Shown here piece after piece: positions 48,316 to 62,279 of a stretch of DNA of 64,000 bases. Source of the DNA: Camelus ferus (lineage: Eukaryota); contig NC_045696.1 of the NCBI RefSeq assembly GCF_009834535.1, positions 98,086,001-98,150,000 on the forward strand, read 5' to 3'. The position numbers and the translations under genes are program-made. Numbering within the stretch: the first letter of the stretch is position 1; the number at the start of each line of letters is the position of its first letter. The notes under the pieces were generated by a model, which saw only the letters and a program-made list of their open reading frames with translations, did no database searches and was not told where the DNA came from.

Positions 48316-49384
48316 CTCCAGAAATGTCAGTTCCCTTCGAATACAGCCTAATATGTCACTTGTGATACCTGAAGCTAAAGCCTTAAAAATCCAACTTAAA
48401 TTTAATGAAAAAATAAGATATTTATGCATTATTTAAAAAAAGAAACACTATGAGAAAAATCTTTAGATATAAGCTGAGGAATTTTGAATATGGAATTATA
48501 GTCTTATTTTCTAAATGCATTTGTTTTCAGTGACTATTTTATTCAGTTTATATGGAAAGAATATGTCATATAGAAGAGATAGCCTTGGTATAAAGGCATC
48601 TGATGAAATGCAGCTAATTAAACACATAATTTGGTACAGACTGTGTACCCAACATATTTTGGCACATAAAATATTTACTCTGATAGACTGAAGCTGTTAC
48701 TCTGAACTGGGTCTGAGTTGTTATTGAGACTGAGTGTTTTTAATCTAGCAAACGATAATGACTTCATCACTTCTGACTTTGTGTGTCTGGTTTCAGCCTG
48801 AAATGAGATTTTATTGCCATGCTTTCAGCTTTCGATAAGAGTGCTTGATAGACTGTCTCTGCTAAGATCTTGGTTTTGAAAAGAACATTAAATACTTGCT
48901 AATTTATATTTGTATTCAAAACTCTAAATCTGTGCTAAACATAAGCAAGTCTCCTAATTATGAATTTTCTTCCTGTTTTCAGTTTTATATAAAAGCCAAG
49001 AACTTGCACGGCACAAAAAGTAGATCAGCTCAAGGTTTCTTTTCAAAATGCTTTGATGTTTTCGTTTCTGCTTGCCCCACTTCCTGATACATTTGTATTA
49101 GAAGAAAGGCATAGTTTTGGTCATGTTCTGAGTAGGTGCATTTTGAGGGGAAAAAACTCCAAACCTGAGTTTTAAGAAAGCGCTGCTTGGGTTTATTTCA
49201 GTTTCAAGAGTGCTCAGTGTAGCTGAGTCTCTTGCAGAGATGCAAGTTCTATTTTAGTTCAACTTCAGTTTCCTTCACTAAGTCTTTTAGAGGTTCTGGG
49301 CTTCAGATCTGTGACCTCTCAAATTAGGGGCATGGAATGAGAATTTGCTCGTGTTATCTAAGGCTCAAAATTCAGAATTCTTTC

Positions 49385-50095
49385 CAGCTGTAGATGTCTC
49401 AGGCGCTGTAGCACAGTGTCTCAGCACAGATGGTGGGTCATTTAGTCCGGGGTGGGTGTGGTGCTGAGAGTCTGCGTTTTTAGCAGGCTCCGAGGTGATC
49501 TGAGGCTGCTGGTCTGAGGACCACACTGAGTGGAAGTTCAGTGCACACATTTTAAAATTTGACTGCTAGGGTTTGAATGTCTGTTGTTCCATTTATTAGG
49601 TCTACGACCTTGAGCAGGGCATTTAGCTGCCATATGCCTCCATTTTGACATCTGTCAAAATGGGAGTGATTAAAATGGCATTTAGCCCTAAGGGTTCATT
49701 TAAAGAGTAACTGATATAATCCATGTAACGTATTTAACACCTAATAGCAAAATGATAACTACTAATAAATATTAATATATATTTTATCAGGTGAAGTAGT
49801 TTTTAAAAAATTGGAAGGGGAGAGAAAGGAGTCCTAATATTTATTTACTTTTGCTGGAGAAACATTTCAGTGTAATTCAGTGGCCAGCTGTCCCAGTTTT
49901 CCCAGGACTGTCTGTTTTAGCACTGAAAGTCTCACGTCCTGGGAAACCTCATTTCTGGGCAAACTAGAACAATTGGTCACCCTTTTGTTTTATATAGTTA
50001 CTTAAAAATCTTCACAGTAACCTTGTGATATAGGTACTACTATCTGAATTTCACAGATGGGCCTGACTAGTAAGTGATGAAGCCTCCCTTCAAAC
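49385..50095. mobile_element. Cluster: MER5-like (~49385-49545), MIR (+, ~49550-49770), MER81 hAT-Blackjack (49877-49984), MIR (-, ~49990-50095)
   Basis: MER81: GTGGCCAGCTGTCCCAGTTTTCCCAGGACTGTC...TTTTAGCACTGAAAGTC...GGGCAAACTAGAACAATTGGTCACCC with terminal inverted repeats; MIR cores on either side. Confidence 0.7.
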
Positions 50096-51408
50096 TGGCC
50101 TTGGAGCGACTTCAGGGTCCTTTTCTGCTCTTTTGCATCTGTTGTACATTCAAATGTTGTTCCTGTATTCTTCATCTTTCAAAATGTGTATCAGAAGCAT
50201 ATTTGGTTTAGAATAAGATAAAGTAATAACAGATCTTTAACTCCCATAAAGTTATTTTAATAAAAAAATCAGTAAGTAGTAAATAGGAATATACTGGACA
50301 CACCGGAATCATGGGGCTGCCTTTGTCCACAGTCTGAGGAAAGCTGACATCTCAAAGCCTTACTTTTTGTAGACTAAGTGGAATGGATGAAATGGACAGT
50401 TAGGTTACAATGAACCTTAGAGGCAGAATATTTAAATAATTTTGGGAGAGGGTGGAGGTTTGGGGCAGTGGCTAAGGAAAATCTGGTTATACTAGTTTTT
50501 TCTTCCTGACTCTTTTTTCTTTCTAGTCTTCTGCCAAAATGACCAGACGTGGGTTCTTCACCTTTCTTCATTTCTCTGCCTTTGTGAAAGATTAATTGTA
50601 GCAGATTCAATTGAGTTTTGTCAAGTGACCGCATCAAGGGATGCCTGAGCAGAAGAAAGTTCTCAGATTATCCCATCACCCCATCGAGCTTTTTATGTGT
50701 CAGCCAAAGAACTATATTGGCTGGGATTCTCCCACTAGGCTTCACTGAGCCAAATGCTGTTAACTCCAAAAAAGGCTTCTGCAGATACTTCTCATAGAAT
50801 TTGCTTAGTTTCACTATTAAGAAAGCTCCTTCTCATTGCTGAAGAAATTTTTCCTCCAAACCAAATCGGGGTTTCCTCAGTTGGATGTAGCTGTAGTGAA
50901 CCCGGGCCTTGGCAGAAGTCACATTTTTTTGGTTCTAAAAATGGATTTGTATGTGACATTTAACATAAAAACTTTAAACATTTAAAAATTCAATAAATTG
51001 ATAAGTAAAAATATGATATAAATATAAATAATAGAAATAAATTAATGCCCATTATCTTAAAATCTGTAGAATCAACAAAATTTCAAAGGAGGGACCCTTT
51101 ATTATATTTATATATGTGTATTTTAAATTGTTTTAATGTGTAATGGATTTGAAATATGTAAATCTTTGTTTAAACACTTGGGTTTTGTTATTTACAAACA
51201 TTATTTATAGTAGATAGAAATTGAAATGGATATATTATCCCTATTTCATCTATTTGATTTATCTATAATTTTAATTGAAAATAAAACTTGTGGGTAAATT
51301 ACTTTTGCAAATAAGCCACACACTTCAATAAAGATCACTAAAATTATTTAAAAAATCATTGAAAAGTAGAATTATTTTTACTTTAGAACATTTAGAATTA
51401 TTCTATAT

Positions 51409-51598
51409 CAGTTTTTCTCAAAATGTGGTTACTGGACCAGCAGCCATAGCATGATCTGAGCATTTCACTTGTTAAAAGTGAAAATTCTTGTGCTCCACCC
51501 CAGATCTATTGTTTCAGAATCTCTGGGGGAGGGCCCAGCAATCTGTATTTTAATAAGCTCCTCAGGTGATTCTGATATACATTCAAGTCTAGACCATT
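51409..51598. mobile_element. MER5A hAT element
   Basis: CAGTTTTTCTCAAAATGTGG...GGACCAGCAGC...CAGAATCTCTGGGG...AATCTGTATTTTAATAAGCTCCTCAGGTGATTCTGAT. Confidence 0.85.
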
Positions 51599-53103
51599 CA
51601 GATGAGTGTCTGATGGGTCATTAAAATGATACACCTTTGGCAACGTTTGAGAATTAGAACCTAAATTGGTGACTCACAAATTAGATAACCTCTTTATCTC
51701 TCTGCCTTCTAGGAAAGTGATAACCATTGGACATATAGTATAAGGAAAATAATTTGACTTTTTAAGTGCAAAGGTCTAATTTCAAGTTGCAACTTTACAT
51801 ATACAGGTCACTTAAGTAATTTGAGCCATGGTTTCTAATACATAAAATGGGGTTAATACTAGCCTTCCCCCAACTCAGTCTCATCGAGTTGTGATCAAAT
51901 GCAGACATGCAAATGAGGGCAATTTTTATACTATCCAGTGCTATGCAAATGTTACTTTTCATATGATCATTACAGTATGATTGCAATTCCCAAAACTTTT
52001 CCTTCTTACCTCCCTGCTCTTTGCCCCATTAAAATTTGATTACCTCTTGAAATTTGTTTTGCAAAGCAGAGATTTAAGAAAAAAAGAAATTGGAGACTTT
52101 TTAAATAATAAAAGAAACCAGTGTTCTTGCAATTTCTTTTATATATGAAATGATACATATGGATTTTTTTCTTTGTTTCACTAATAGTCTTTTAAGCCTT
52201 TAATCCACAATGTAAAATGAATCACACTTCAGGGATACCATGGCAATAATAATGCATTTGGAACGTTAGGTGTCAAATTTCCCTCACATATTTCAAAAAT
52301 TGTTTTACGTTTTTCTGGTTTAACCTCTCTTGACACCAGTGAACTTAAGGCTTGTAATTGAAGGATAAGTGAGCAAAAAAGCAGTTCAAGTGTAATATAT
52401 CCATTTCAATTCCTATTTTCTGGACGGAGACCTTTTATGCTAAGTTCATGTGAGAGTAAATTTTTATGACAAAATTATAACCCTCAGATAGATGTTACTC
52501 AGGCAGCCTGAGATCTGTCCTGATATAATGGATTTTGTGACAATGAAATGCAAGATAGTCTCCCAAAAGCTTTGCCTTAGGAATTTCTGACAGTAGCCTA
52601 TATGCTGCCAAAATTTTCAAGATGCTATTATGACTCATTATAGAAAAATGGCTTGGTATTTTAATCATGAAATACAATTGTGTTGAAAAGGGGAAAGAAG
52701 TATAAAGGATAGTCTGAAAAAAAAATGCCATGTATTCATTAACTGCACTACTTAATAAATGTTGTTTCTTTTGATGTGGTTTTATGTAATAAAATCTTCA
52801 AATTTGGAAGGTTGGATGTATTTGTTACTCCTAATTTGAGTTTCACTAATAATTTTGTGTATGTCACTAGATGAATGGAATGGAGGTGTCCCCTGCAACC
52901 AGAGGTAATTTGAACTTCCTGTAATTCTCTAAGTTCTTTCTTTCCTGAGTGATAGAATACTGCCTCTTCTCCCATTTCAGTGGATTAATTTTTTTGAGGA
53001 AAATATGTAAAGTTATCTCAAAATATTGTAATATGTGCAGTTAAAAATATCACAGCATCTATAAGGGCCAAGTATTTTTTCATTTTCTCCCCCTAGGTTT
53101 ATT

Positions 53104-53245
53104 TTAAATTGAAGTATAGTCAGTTACAATGTGTCAATTTCTTGTGTACAGCATTAATGTTTCAGTCATACTCGTACATACATATATTTGTTTTTATGTT
53201 CTTTTTCATTATAGCACAGGGAACTATATTCAATATCTTGTAGTA
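53104..53245 (-). mobile_element. Short 5'-inverted L1 3' end with TSD
   Basis: Minus-strand terminus 53104-53214 joined via TATAG microhomology to plus-strand TATAGCACAGGGAACTATATTCAATATCTTGTAGTA; TSD TCCCCCTAGGTTTATT / TCCTCCTAGTTATATT. Confidence 0.8.
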
Positions 53246-56200
53246 TCCTCCTAGTTATATTGAGATATAATTGATGTTACACTGTATAAGTTTAAGGTAC
53301 AACCTGCTGATTTAATATGCATATATATTGTGAAATGATTACCATAATAGGCTAGTTAGCACCTTCATTGCTTCACATAATTAGCTTTTTTTTTTTGTGG
53401 TGAAACATTTTAAGATTTACTCTCTTAGCAACTTTCAAGTATATGACACAGTATTGTTAACTGTTGTCATCATGCAGTCCGTTAGATACCCAGGAATTAC
53501 TTATCTGATAGCCGGACGTTTGTACTGTTTGACCAGCGTTTCTGCATTCCCCCAACCCTCAGCGGCTGGCAACTACTCACTCTTCTACTCTATTTCTATG
53601 AGTTTGGCTTTTTAAAATTCCACAAGTAAGTGATATCTACAGTATTTGCCTTTCTCTATCTGACTTATTTCACTTAGCGTAATGCTCTCAAGGACCATCC
53701 ATGTTGTTACAAATGGCAGGATTTCCTTTTTTCTCATGAATAATATTCTTCTTTATCCATTCATCTATAGTTGGACACTTAGGTTGTTTCCACTTCTTGG
53801 CTATTGTGAATAATGCTGCAGTGAACATGGGAGTGCAGGTATCTTTAAGATCTCGTACAGAGAAGGGGATATGTACAGAGAAGGGGAATCATATGGTAGT
53901 TCTATTCTTAATATTTTAAGGAACCTTCATACTATTTCCCACGGTTGCTGCACAGATTTATGTTCCTACCAACAGTGCCCAAGGGTTCCCTTTTATTCAC
54001 ATCCTTTACAACACTTATCTGTTGTCTTTTTTGTAAAGGCCATCTAACAGGTGTGAGGTGATAGCTCATTGTGGTTCTGATTTGCATTTCCGTAATGGTT
54101 AGAGATGCTAAATGTTTTTTCATGTACCTGCTGGCCATTTGTATGTCTTCTTTGGAAATGTCTATTCAGGCCCTCTGTCCATTTTTAAGTTTGATTGAGT
54201 TGTTTTGCTATTGAGTTGTACAATTCCTCATATATTTTTGATATTAACCCACTATCAGAGAGATGGGTTGCAAATATTTTCTCCAATTCCACAGGTTGCC
54301 TTTTCATTTTGTTGATTGTTTCTTTTGATGTACAGAAGGTTTTTAGTTTGATGTAGTCCTTCTTATTTATTTTTGCTTTTATTGTTTGTGCTTTTGGTGT
54401 CATATCCCCAAAATCATTGCCAAGACCAATGTCAAGAAGCTAAGTTTTGTTCTAGGAGTTTTACGGTTTCGGGTCTTACGTTTAAGACCATTTTTTCCAT
54501 TCCTTCGCTTTGAACCTGTGGGTGACCTTAAAGCCGAAGTGAGTCTCTTGTAGGCAGCATATTGTTGTCTTGTTTTTTTAATTCCTTCTATGTCTTTTGG
54601 CTGGAGAATTTAATTCATTTACATTTAAAGTAATTATTAATAGATAAGTACTTACAAAGCCAAATTATTTTTTTCCGGCTGTGTTGTAGTTCCCTTGTTC
54701 CTTTGTTTCTCTCTTGCTGTCTTCCTTTGTGAATTGATGATTTTCCATCACGGTGTGCTTTGATTTCCTTCTCATTATCCTTTGTGTATCTACTGTAGGT
54801 TTTTGCTTTGTGGTTACCATGAGGCTTACATAAAATATCTTACAGATGAAACAGTCTGTTTTATGCAAGTAACAACTTAAATTCAATTGCATACAAAAAC
54901 TATTATCTTTTTACTCCCTATATTTTATGTTTTCAGTGTCACAGTTTATTTCTTTTATGTTATGTATTCATTAAAAAATTATTGTAACTATAGTTGTTTT
55001 TAATTCTTTCATTTTACCTTTTTTTTTTTTTTTTTACTAGAGTTAAGTAGGTTAATACGTCACCAAATTAGAGAAAGTATTCTGAACTTGACTATGTATT
55101 TACCTCTGCCAGGGTGTTGTATATTTTCATATGTTTTCATATTACTAATAGTGTCCTTTTATTTTAATTTGAAGAACTCCTTTCACCATTTCTTACAAGT
55201 CAGTCTAGTGGTGATGAATTCCCTTAGCTTTTGTTTGTCTGGAAAAGTCTTTATCTCTCCTTCATTTCTGAAGGAAAACTTTGCTGGATGAAGTGGTTGT
55301 GGTTGGCAGTTTTTTTCTTTCAGCAAATTGAATATATCATTCTATTCTCTCCTGGACTAAAAGTCTTCTGTGAAGAAATTACCTTAGTAGACTTAGGGGG
55401 GATTCCCTTGTAAATGACAAACTTCTTTCTTCTTACCGCTTTTAAGATTCTGTGTTTGTCTTTGATATTTGACAGTTTTATTATACTGTGTCTTGGACTC
55501 TTGAATAAGGTCTTTTTGAGTTGAATTTGTCTGGGGACTTATGAGCTTCATAAACCTGGGTGGGCAAAACCCTCCCCAGATTTTGAAGTTCTCAGTCATT
55601 ATTTCTTTAAATTAGCTTTCTGCCTCTTTCACCCTCTTTTCTCCTTCTGTGACTCCAATAATTTGCATATTGTTTCTCTTGATGGTATTTCATAATTTAT
55701 TCTTTCTTCTTAATTCTTTTCTGGCCATATAATTTCAAAATTCCTGTCTTCTACTTTACAGATTCTTTTTTCTGCTTGATCGATTTTGATGTTGATGATC
55801 TCCATTGCATTTTTCATTTAATTCATTGTATTCTCTAGCTCCAGAATTTCTGTTGGGTTCTTTTTATGATTTCTGTCTCTGTTAAACTTCTTATTTTGTT
55901 TGTGTATTGTTTTCCTAATTTCATTGGATTTTTTTTTTTTTTTGTATTTTCTTGTAGCTCATTGAGCTTCCTTAAAACAGCTATTTTGAATTCTTTATCA
56001 GATAAATTGCAGATCTTTATGTCTTTGGGGTGAATTACTGGAGTATTATTGTTTTCCTTTGGTGGTGTCATGTTTCCTTGGTTTTCCATGTTCCTTAAAG
56101 TTCCTTGTTTCCATGTTCCTTGAAGTTTTGTGTTGCTCTGTTCACGTTTGAAGTAACAGTCACTTCCTCCCATCTTTACTGACTGACTTCAAGAGAGAAA

Positions 56201-57230
56201 TGACCTTCCTTTAGCCCTTCTAGAGATTCTGAGACTTTCTTAGACTTTCTGTAGATATGCCTGCTCCACACTTTTTGCTCCCTCTGTGGCAGAATTATTA
56301 AGCTTTATATGCCTTCTCTTGATCCTGCAGTTCACTGGGCTGGGTTCTGGCAGCCTCCCTTTTGTTTCCCAAAGGAAGTGCTAGAAGTTTCCCTTTGGCC
56401 CTCAGACTCAGGCCTGTTCTGAGTGTGTGTTTGCTACCTGTCTGCCAAAGCTTGCTCTTGTTACTGCTAAGCACACACGAGGAGCCAGCCATGAGTGTGG
56501 GAGTGCATATGTGAAGAGCTTGGAGCAGCTGGGCTGCTGGGGGGATCTGCAGGGAAGGCACCCAACAACTCTTGGGCAGGCCTTCACGATGGAGTCAGTG
56601 ATATAGTTCGTAGCATTCATGCCACTTCAATAACGTTCCAAGCCCTGGCTGTTGTTCTCCCAGATGCTTGCTACTCCCATTCATGCAGCTCGTGACTTGG
56701 TACTCTGGATGAGATGAGAGGGAAGTGAGCCTCTTTGGTGGTGTCCCACACACCTGGGGAAGACATTCTCCCCCTTCCCTCCATGGGAGAAACTGCAGGC
56801 CAAGAAGAGCTCTCTTAAGCCGAGCTCTGCCACCTTGGGGGAGAGGTGATATGGGTAAAGTCGAAATATGCCTCTTACCCTCTGCAGTGTGTCCAGTCTT
56901 GGACTTTTTTTGCTCCAGTGGTGTGCTAGAACTTCTCCATTGAACTCTTGATTTCCACAAAGTAAGTGATTAGTTGTTTAAGTCAGTATTCTCCAGGGGC
57001 TTCCAGACTGTGGCCAAGAGGGGCTAGAGCCAGTTCATGGGACACTTCGGGGTCCGCAGCTGAGACTGAGGTCTGTATATCTGTTACCCAATACATGGGT
57101 CCCTTGGCATTTGGATTCCACAGCTCCCACAGAGACACTTTTGTCCACTGATGGATCCCAAATTGTTGTTGAGGGAATACTAGTGAGGGACATCTTATTT
57201 GGCCGTCTTATTCATGTCACTTTCTATATA
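53246..57230 (-). mobile_element. L1 (L1MA9-like) with 5'UTR, ORF1 and internally deleted ORF2
   Basis: ORF2 C-terminal ORFs 53932-54138 and 54185-54403 ([25 protein letters not shown]); jump at ~54487 to the endonuclease N-terminus; ORF1 remnants (LSDKEFKIAVLRKLNELQEN). Confidence 0.9.
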
Positions 57231-57789
57231 CTACATTTGGACAAGCACCAGCTGAGAGTCAGAACTACTGGGGAAATTGTAGGTGACCCTATGGAGCAGG
57301 GAAATATTCAGGCCATGTATTATAACAAATAGATTGGCATGCTTTAATCATTTTGTAAAATTTTAGATACTTAATTTTCTTGTTTTTGATAATTGAAAAT
57401 ATTCTATATTTTCCAGCTATCTAATAGACATTTTATGTATTTTTTCTGAATATTGTTAAAAAACTGAAAGTCAATAGGAACACAACAACAAAAAAGAAGC
57501 AAATTGCTATACAAACTCTGAGATCCCTGAGTTGGAGTTAATTTTTACTTTTATGTGTGTAGATGTTTTTCAAATTATGTTGGAGTTTGTTTTCGGTTGT
57601 GCTTATAAACTTTTGAGGATCAATAACCCTTAGACTGTAACAATCTGTTGAAAACTTTACATGCAGGAAAATGTCATATGCACACGTAACTTTGTACCCC
57701 TCATCATAGCAATGCCTTGAGTGAAGAACCACACTTGAGAGCAGCAATTGTGCCATTGTTTCTGTACCACCCAAAACCTATCTCAGTTG

Positions 57790-58425
57790 TGAACTACCTG
57801 AGCCAACTCTCTTTAAGATAGGTGTACTTTGTCTCAATTATAAACAAAATGGAAATCAGTGGCTTACTGTGGTGAGCATCTATCATCTCAAATACTAGCA
57901 AAAATCTAGGGGATAAGCAGGGCAGGCAAAATGTGATTGTGTCTTGCTGGATATCTTTCAGTGGATTCAGGATTCTAATCCAACCTCCTGATTTCCAGTT
58001 TTGCAATTTTGTATAACACGCTCCAAGGATTTTCATCCAGATCACACCTGCAACTGTAATGATACCTCCTCTTACCATATTTTTTGCTGCAGTAGTCAAG
58101 AGCATTTTATGGTCCAAGATGATTGCTCAGCCTCAGTCATCACAATTGTATTCCAGCCAAAAAGAAAGAGAAGGTTAGAGAAGAAGGACCAAAGTGTATA
58201 TGCCAGAGGTCTTTGAATTTAGCTTTGTACACTTTGCCACATGATGTTTCTCTTGCAATGCACTGGCCAGAACAGTCCAAGAGCCACCTCTGTTGAAAGG
58301 GAAGTTTGGAAATTGAGTCCTTATTTTAGTGGCTATGTGCCCAGTTTAAATTTGGGAGGCCTATTACTAGGGAAAGGGGAGAATAGATTTTAGGGAACAA
58401 CAAGCAGTTTATAAGGTTGGGCACA
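57790..58425 (-). mobile_element. MaLR LTR (MLT1K-like), preceded by a MER103-like hAT fragment (~57592-57745)
   Basis: TGGTCCAAGATGATTGCT...TCATCACAATTGTATTCCAGCCA...CACTGGCCAGAAC...GGCTATGTGCCCAG. Confidence 0.65.
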
Positions 58426-59790
58426 GTTTCTAGATGCCACTGCTTCTTAAAGACATTTGTATAAATAAGTGTTCAACTAAGATTGCTTACTGCTACTGCT
58501 TTTTATTATTTGTATCCTGGGAAATCAACATCAATGTAATACTGTTATATTTTATTGTAGATATTTGGAACCAATGCATATTCCCTTTTAGAAAAACTCC
58601 CATTTACATTTTCTATGTTCAAGGTTAAAGATTAGTTTATAGTACTGAGTACCACATGGTGGAATCAAGAAGCAGGTCTCTTTCTTTGATCTTTTCTTAT
58701 GTCCACAAAAGCCCAACCTTCATCCTTTTGGAATGATCAACATATTTTAAACACTTTTGTGAGAACAAGTCAATAGGGGAAAACCTGAGAATAGAGAGAA
58801 CTTGTTTATTTTCAGTGATCTGTTGCAAGTTTCTCTGGGAATTACTTGTTTATTTTTTCATCTAAAGAAAATCAGACGTTTGTTTGTCTTAAATGGGAAA
58901 CCTAATGTTTGTCATTATCCTAATGTTTACTTAGCCAAGGAACACTTACGTAGTTATAGAATGTATCCAATGTGTAGGATGTGGAGAGGGCACCTATGAT
59001 ATGACATTTTAAAATCGGTTTGAGGTCATAATGCCCACTGGAAACTCAAATTTATTTACATTACTAAAATTTTTCAGTAAGAGATTTCATTTTCTTCATA
59101 ATGGAGACGTATGTCTCAGCCACTAGATCATCGCCAAAAAAAAAAAAAAAATTCAAAATGTGAAACAATGTCCCTTGAGTGAATTTTGTAGTATGAAAAC
59201 TAGAAAGGAATGATGATTTAGAAGGTTTTTTTAAATGAGACATGTTGTCAAGAATATTTTATGAGACAGCACTGCTTGTAACTTGGGTACAAAGTCCTTT
59301 TGCTGATAAATGAGAAATGACAAGGGAAGACTCAGGCACTGATCTCTTAAACTTTTCCATAAGCACAACGAAGTTTTAGTTTTTTATATTTTAATGTAGA
59401 TATTTTTCTTCACAAGTTTATTTTCATAATTCATATGAAGTCAAGCAAAATACCCTGAGATGCTATGCAAAAGCTATTCAATTATCATAAGGAATGATCT
59501 TGTTGGGAATTTTGATTTTTAGCCACTCAGATGTTTTTTCTGTGATTGGTAAAAGATATATTAAGCTACACAAAAGCTCAAATAAAATGGTGAGTAAAAC
59601 TTTTGTGTTTTTTTTATAAACGGATGAACACTGGATGATATTCAGCAGTAGGGATTCAGCAATCCCTCTTACCTCCTCTACCTGAAGACCTAATGGAATT
59701 AGAAATATTTATTAAATTTTGAGGTTATAATTTCTTCTGGTCCTTTGTGTAGGTAAGTATGAATGAGTGTATAATTCCTATATGGCATTT

Positions 59791-59875
59791 TTGTTTGTTT
59801 GTTTGGTGGGGATGGGGAGGTAATTAGATTTATTTATTTATTTTAACAGAGGTGCTGGGGATTGAACCCAAACCC
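59791..59875 (-). mobile_element. 5'-truncated Vic-1-type SINE with TSD
   Basis: Antisense GGGTTCAATCCCCAGCACCTCTG...AAATAAATAAATAAATCTAATTACCTCCCC; TSD ATATGGCATTT at 59780-90 and 59876-86. Confidence 0.85.
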
Positions 59876-62279
59876 ATATGGCATTTGTAATGGAACACAT
59901 TTACATTCCCATGTTCTGAGCCAGTTTTGAAATATTTAGATACAGTTGTTGTATTTTTTATAAGGGACAGTTTAACTCTAATTAGAGTTTTATCTTTTAC
60001 TTTTTTGCCTCTGTCACCTTTCCCTCCCCCACCTTTAAAGTAATGTTACTAGTTTATATTGGTTTCCACTAGACAATTTTGCAAGGAAAACTTTTACCTA
60101 CCTCATAACTATCAGAAATACCATCACCTTGTAGATTTGATGGCACTCTTCCTTTTATGGGCCCCTAAAGCAGTCATGAGGAATGGTCCAGATTACTTGT
60201 TAACCTGCTTTCTGAGGCTTTTTTGAGATCCTCAAAAATTTTATCCAGATTGTTCTGAAAAGTAAGTTTATAGAAAGTCTCTACTTGTCCATCAAATTCT
60301 CGTCAGGCATCTGTGTTCTGGATTTCTAGAGTGTAGATACCATTGTTGTCACATGATGAAGTACTGAAAAATCAAGTTTGGGGAAAAGATATTTTGTAAC
60401 ACTATCTTCTGCAATAGGATTATAGAGAGTATAAAGGTAATAAGTTACTCTGATTACCCTTGTTCAACATGACTTTCTCTCTTCAACTTGTACTCTATTT
60501 CCAGACTTCTTTTCTACCCTTTATGAGGGCAGGGTGCACAGTTTACCAGGTGTCCTGGCCCGTGTCTGTAACTGCCAAGAGATGTTTTGGCAGGTAGTTC
60601 CCTCTGATTATGGCAGGTTAATTACAGTATTTTGAATTTAATGTACACTATATTGATGAGAACTGGGTTGGTTGTTTAAAGGACTGAGATTCATCTCTAA
60701 ATAAACTACTTTATTTCCTGATAGGACATCCTTTTACTATTGTGAAGATACAAGCAATGTCTACTTGTGTTAAAGATATAAATGTAAGCAAAATATGTTT
60801 TTAAAAATAGATGATATTCTTTCTTATAAACAGAATGCATTAGAAGCATTATTGCATGATTATTAATGATAATAGAAGAAGGTAGAGAATATAATTTATA
60901 AAAACCAGAAGGTACATTTTGAAATATATCTTATTTTTATTATATTAGCACATGAAATGATGAAGATACATGGTGAAAATCTGATTCTGGAGAAGGTGAA
61001 AGTTCTCATTTCTTTCCTGTGATCCACTGCATATCACCTTTCAAAATACTCCATACTTTGTGCCAGGTTCTAACTTGGTTAAAACTTTCACTTAAAGCTA
61101 TTTGTTAAGGTGGTTTTGAGAGTAAATAAAACAAAAAGAAATAACATAGGACTTAAGTGAGCAAGCGAGGGACCTAGTTGGGTGATAGGGAAACTGCATC
61201 TAAGGATAAAGTGAAGATTGACTTTCTAGTGGAAAACAAGGGAAAGGATTAATTGGCTTATCCCAGACAGAGGGCAGTTCTTTAGGAAGAATGCTTGAGG
61301 ATATGCTTGGCAATAAATGTGACAGCTAGCATGGTCTCTTTACAAGTTGACTTTATCTGAGATTCTGGAAGGAGAAAACCAAATTTGCCTTTATCTCGGG
61401 GCCCAAAGGCAAATGCATGTTTGATGCCCAGGCTGTAAGCCCAGTCTATATAAGAGCCTGATGTCGGGTCTGTAAAACATAAGCAGTAAATATTTAATTA
61501 TAAACAAATGCTAACATTTTTCTTGAAATGGAAATTCACTGGTATAAAATTAGCAATAAAAATGATTATGTGTATGGCTAATCGCAGTAATGAATGGGAG
61601 TAGTGGTCTGTGTGGAGTAAGAACAATCATGGCTTTGGAATCCACCACACATTTTAAATATGTGCTGCATTTTCAAAATTCCATTTTTCTTGGATCATTT
61701 TAAGTCTAAGTTGAGTTTGTCTCCTGGGTGCACATTGTCATAGATGGAGATGGTCTGAGCAAATGCAAGCAACCGAGGAAACCAGCTGTGGGGGGGGGGG
61801 GGGTCACTGGTCACTGAAAACCTACCAAGGAAACCTATACATACAAATGATGCAAAATTACATTCTTTTTAATAGTTCAGGCCTCTTTCCATTCATGTTG
61901 CTAGGGTAAACTATTTTATAGTTAAAAGACCAGGAAAGCTTAAACCACTTATTTAAAGGGTATATTTAATCCCCTAATCCAACTTTTGCATGTTCATTTT
62001 TAAGAATGTTATTTGTTAAAAAGACTGAAAATATATGCACCTAGAGATTATATACATATAAGATTTGTACAAGTGTACATAATACTATAAACATATTTAT
62101 GTATATTTTGCTTTACATAATACAAAAACTGTTTTTGTACATAAAATTATTTATGTTTTAGAAAAAGTAATGAATTTAACTGATACTAAGATTTTAGGTT
62201 TGAAAGACAAGAATTCAAAGCTGTAGTGAAGAAAGAGAAGGAATATTTTGGTGGAAAGAGATAGGGTTGGCTCTAAAAT

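Noticed and set aside
59600..60270. Isolated donors (TAG|GTAAGT ~59752, AAA|GTAAGT ~60261) as coding exons
   Set aside because: No convincing acceptor and open-frame combination.
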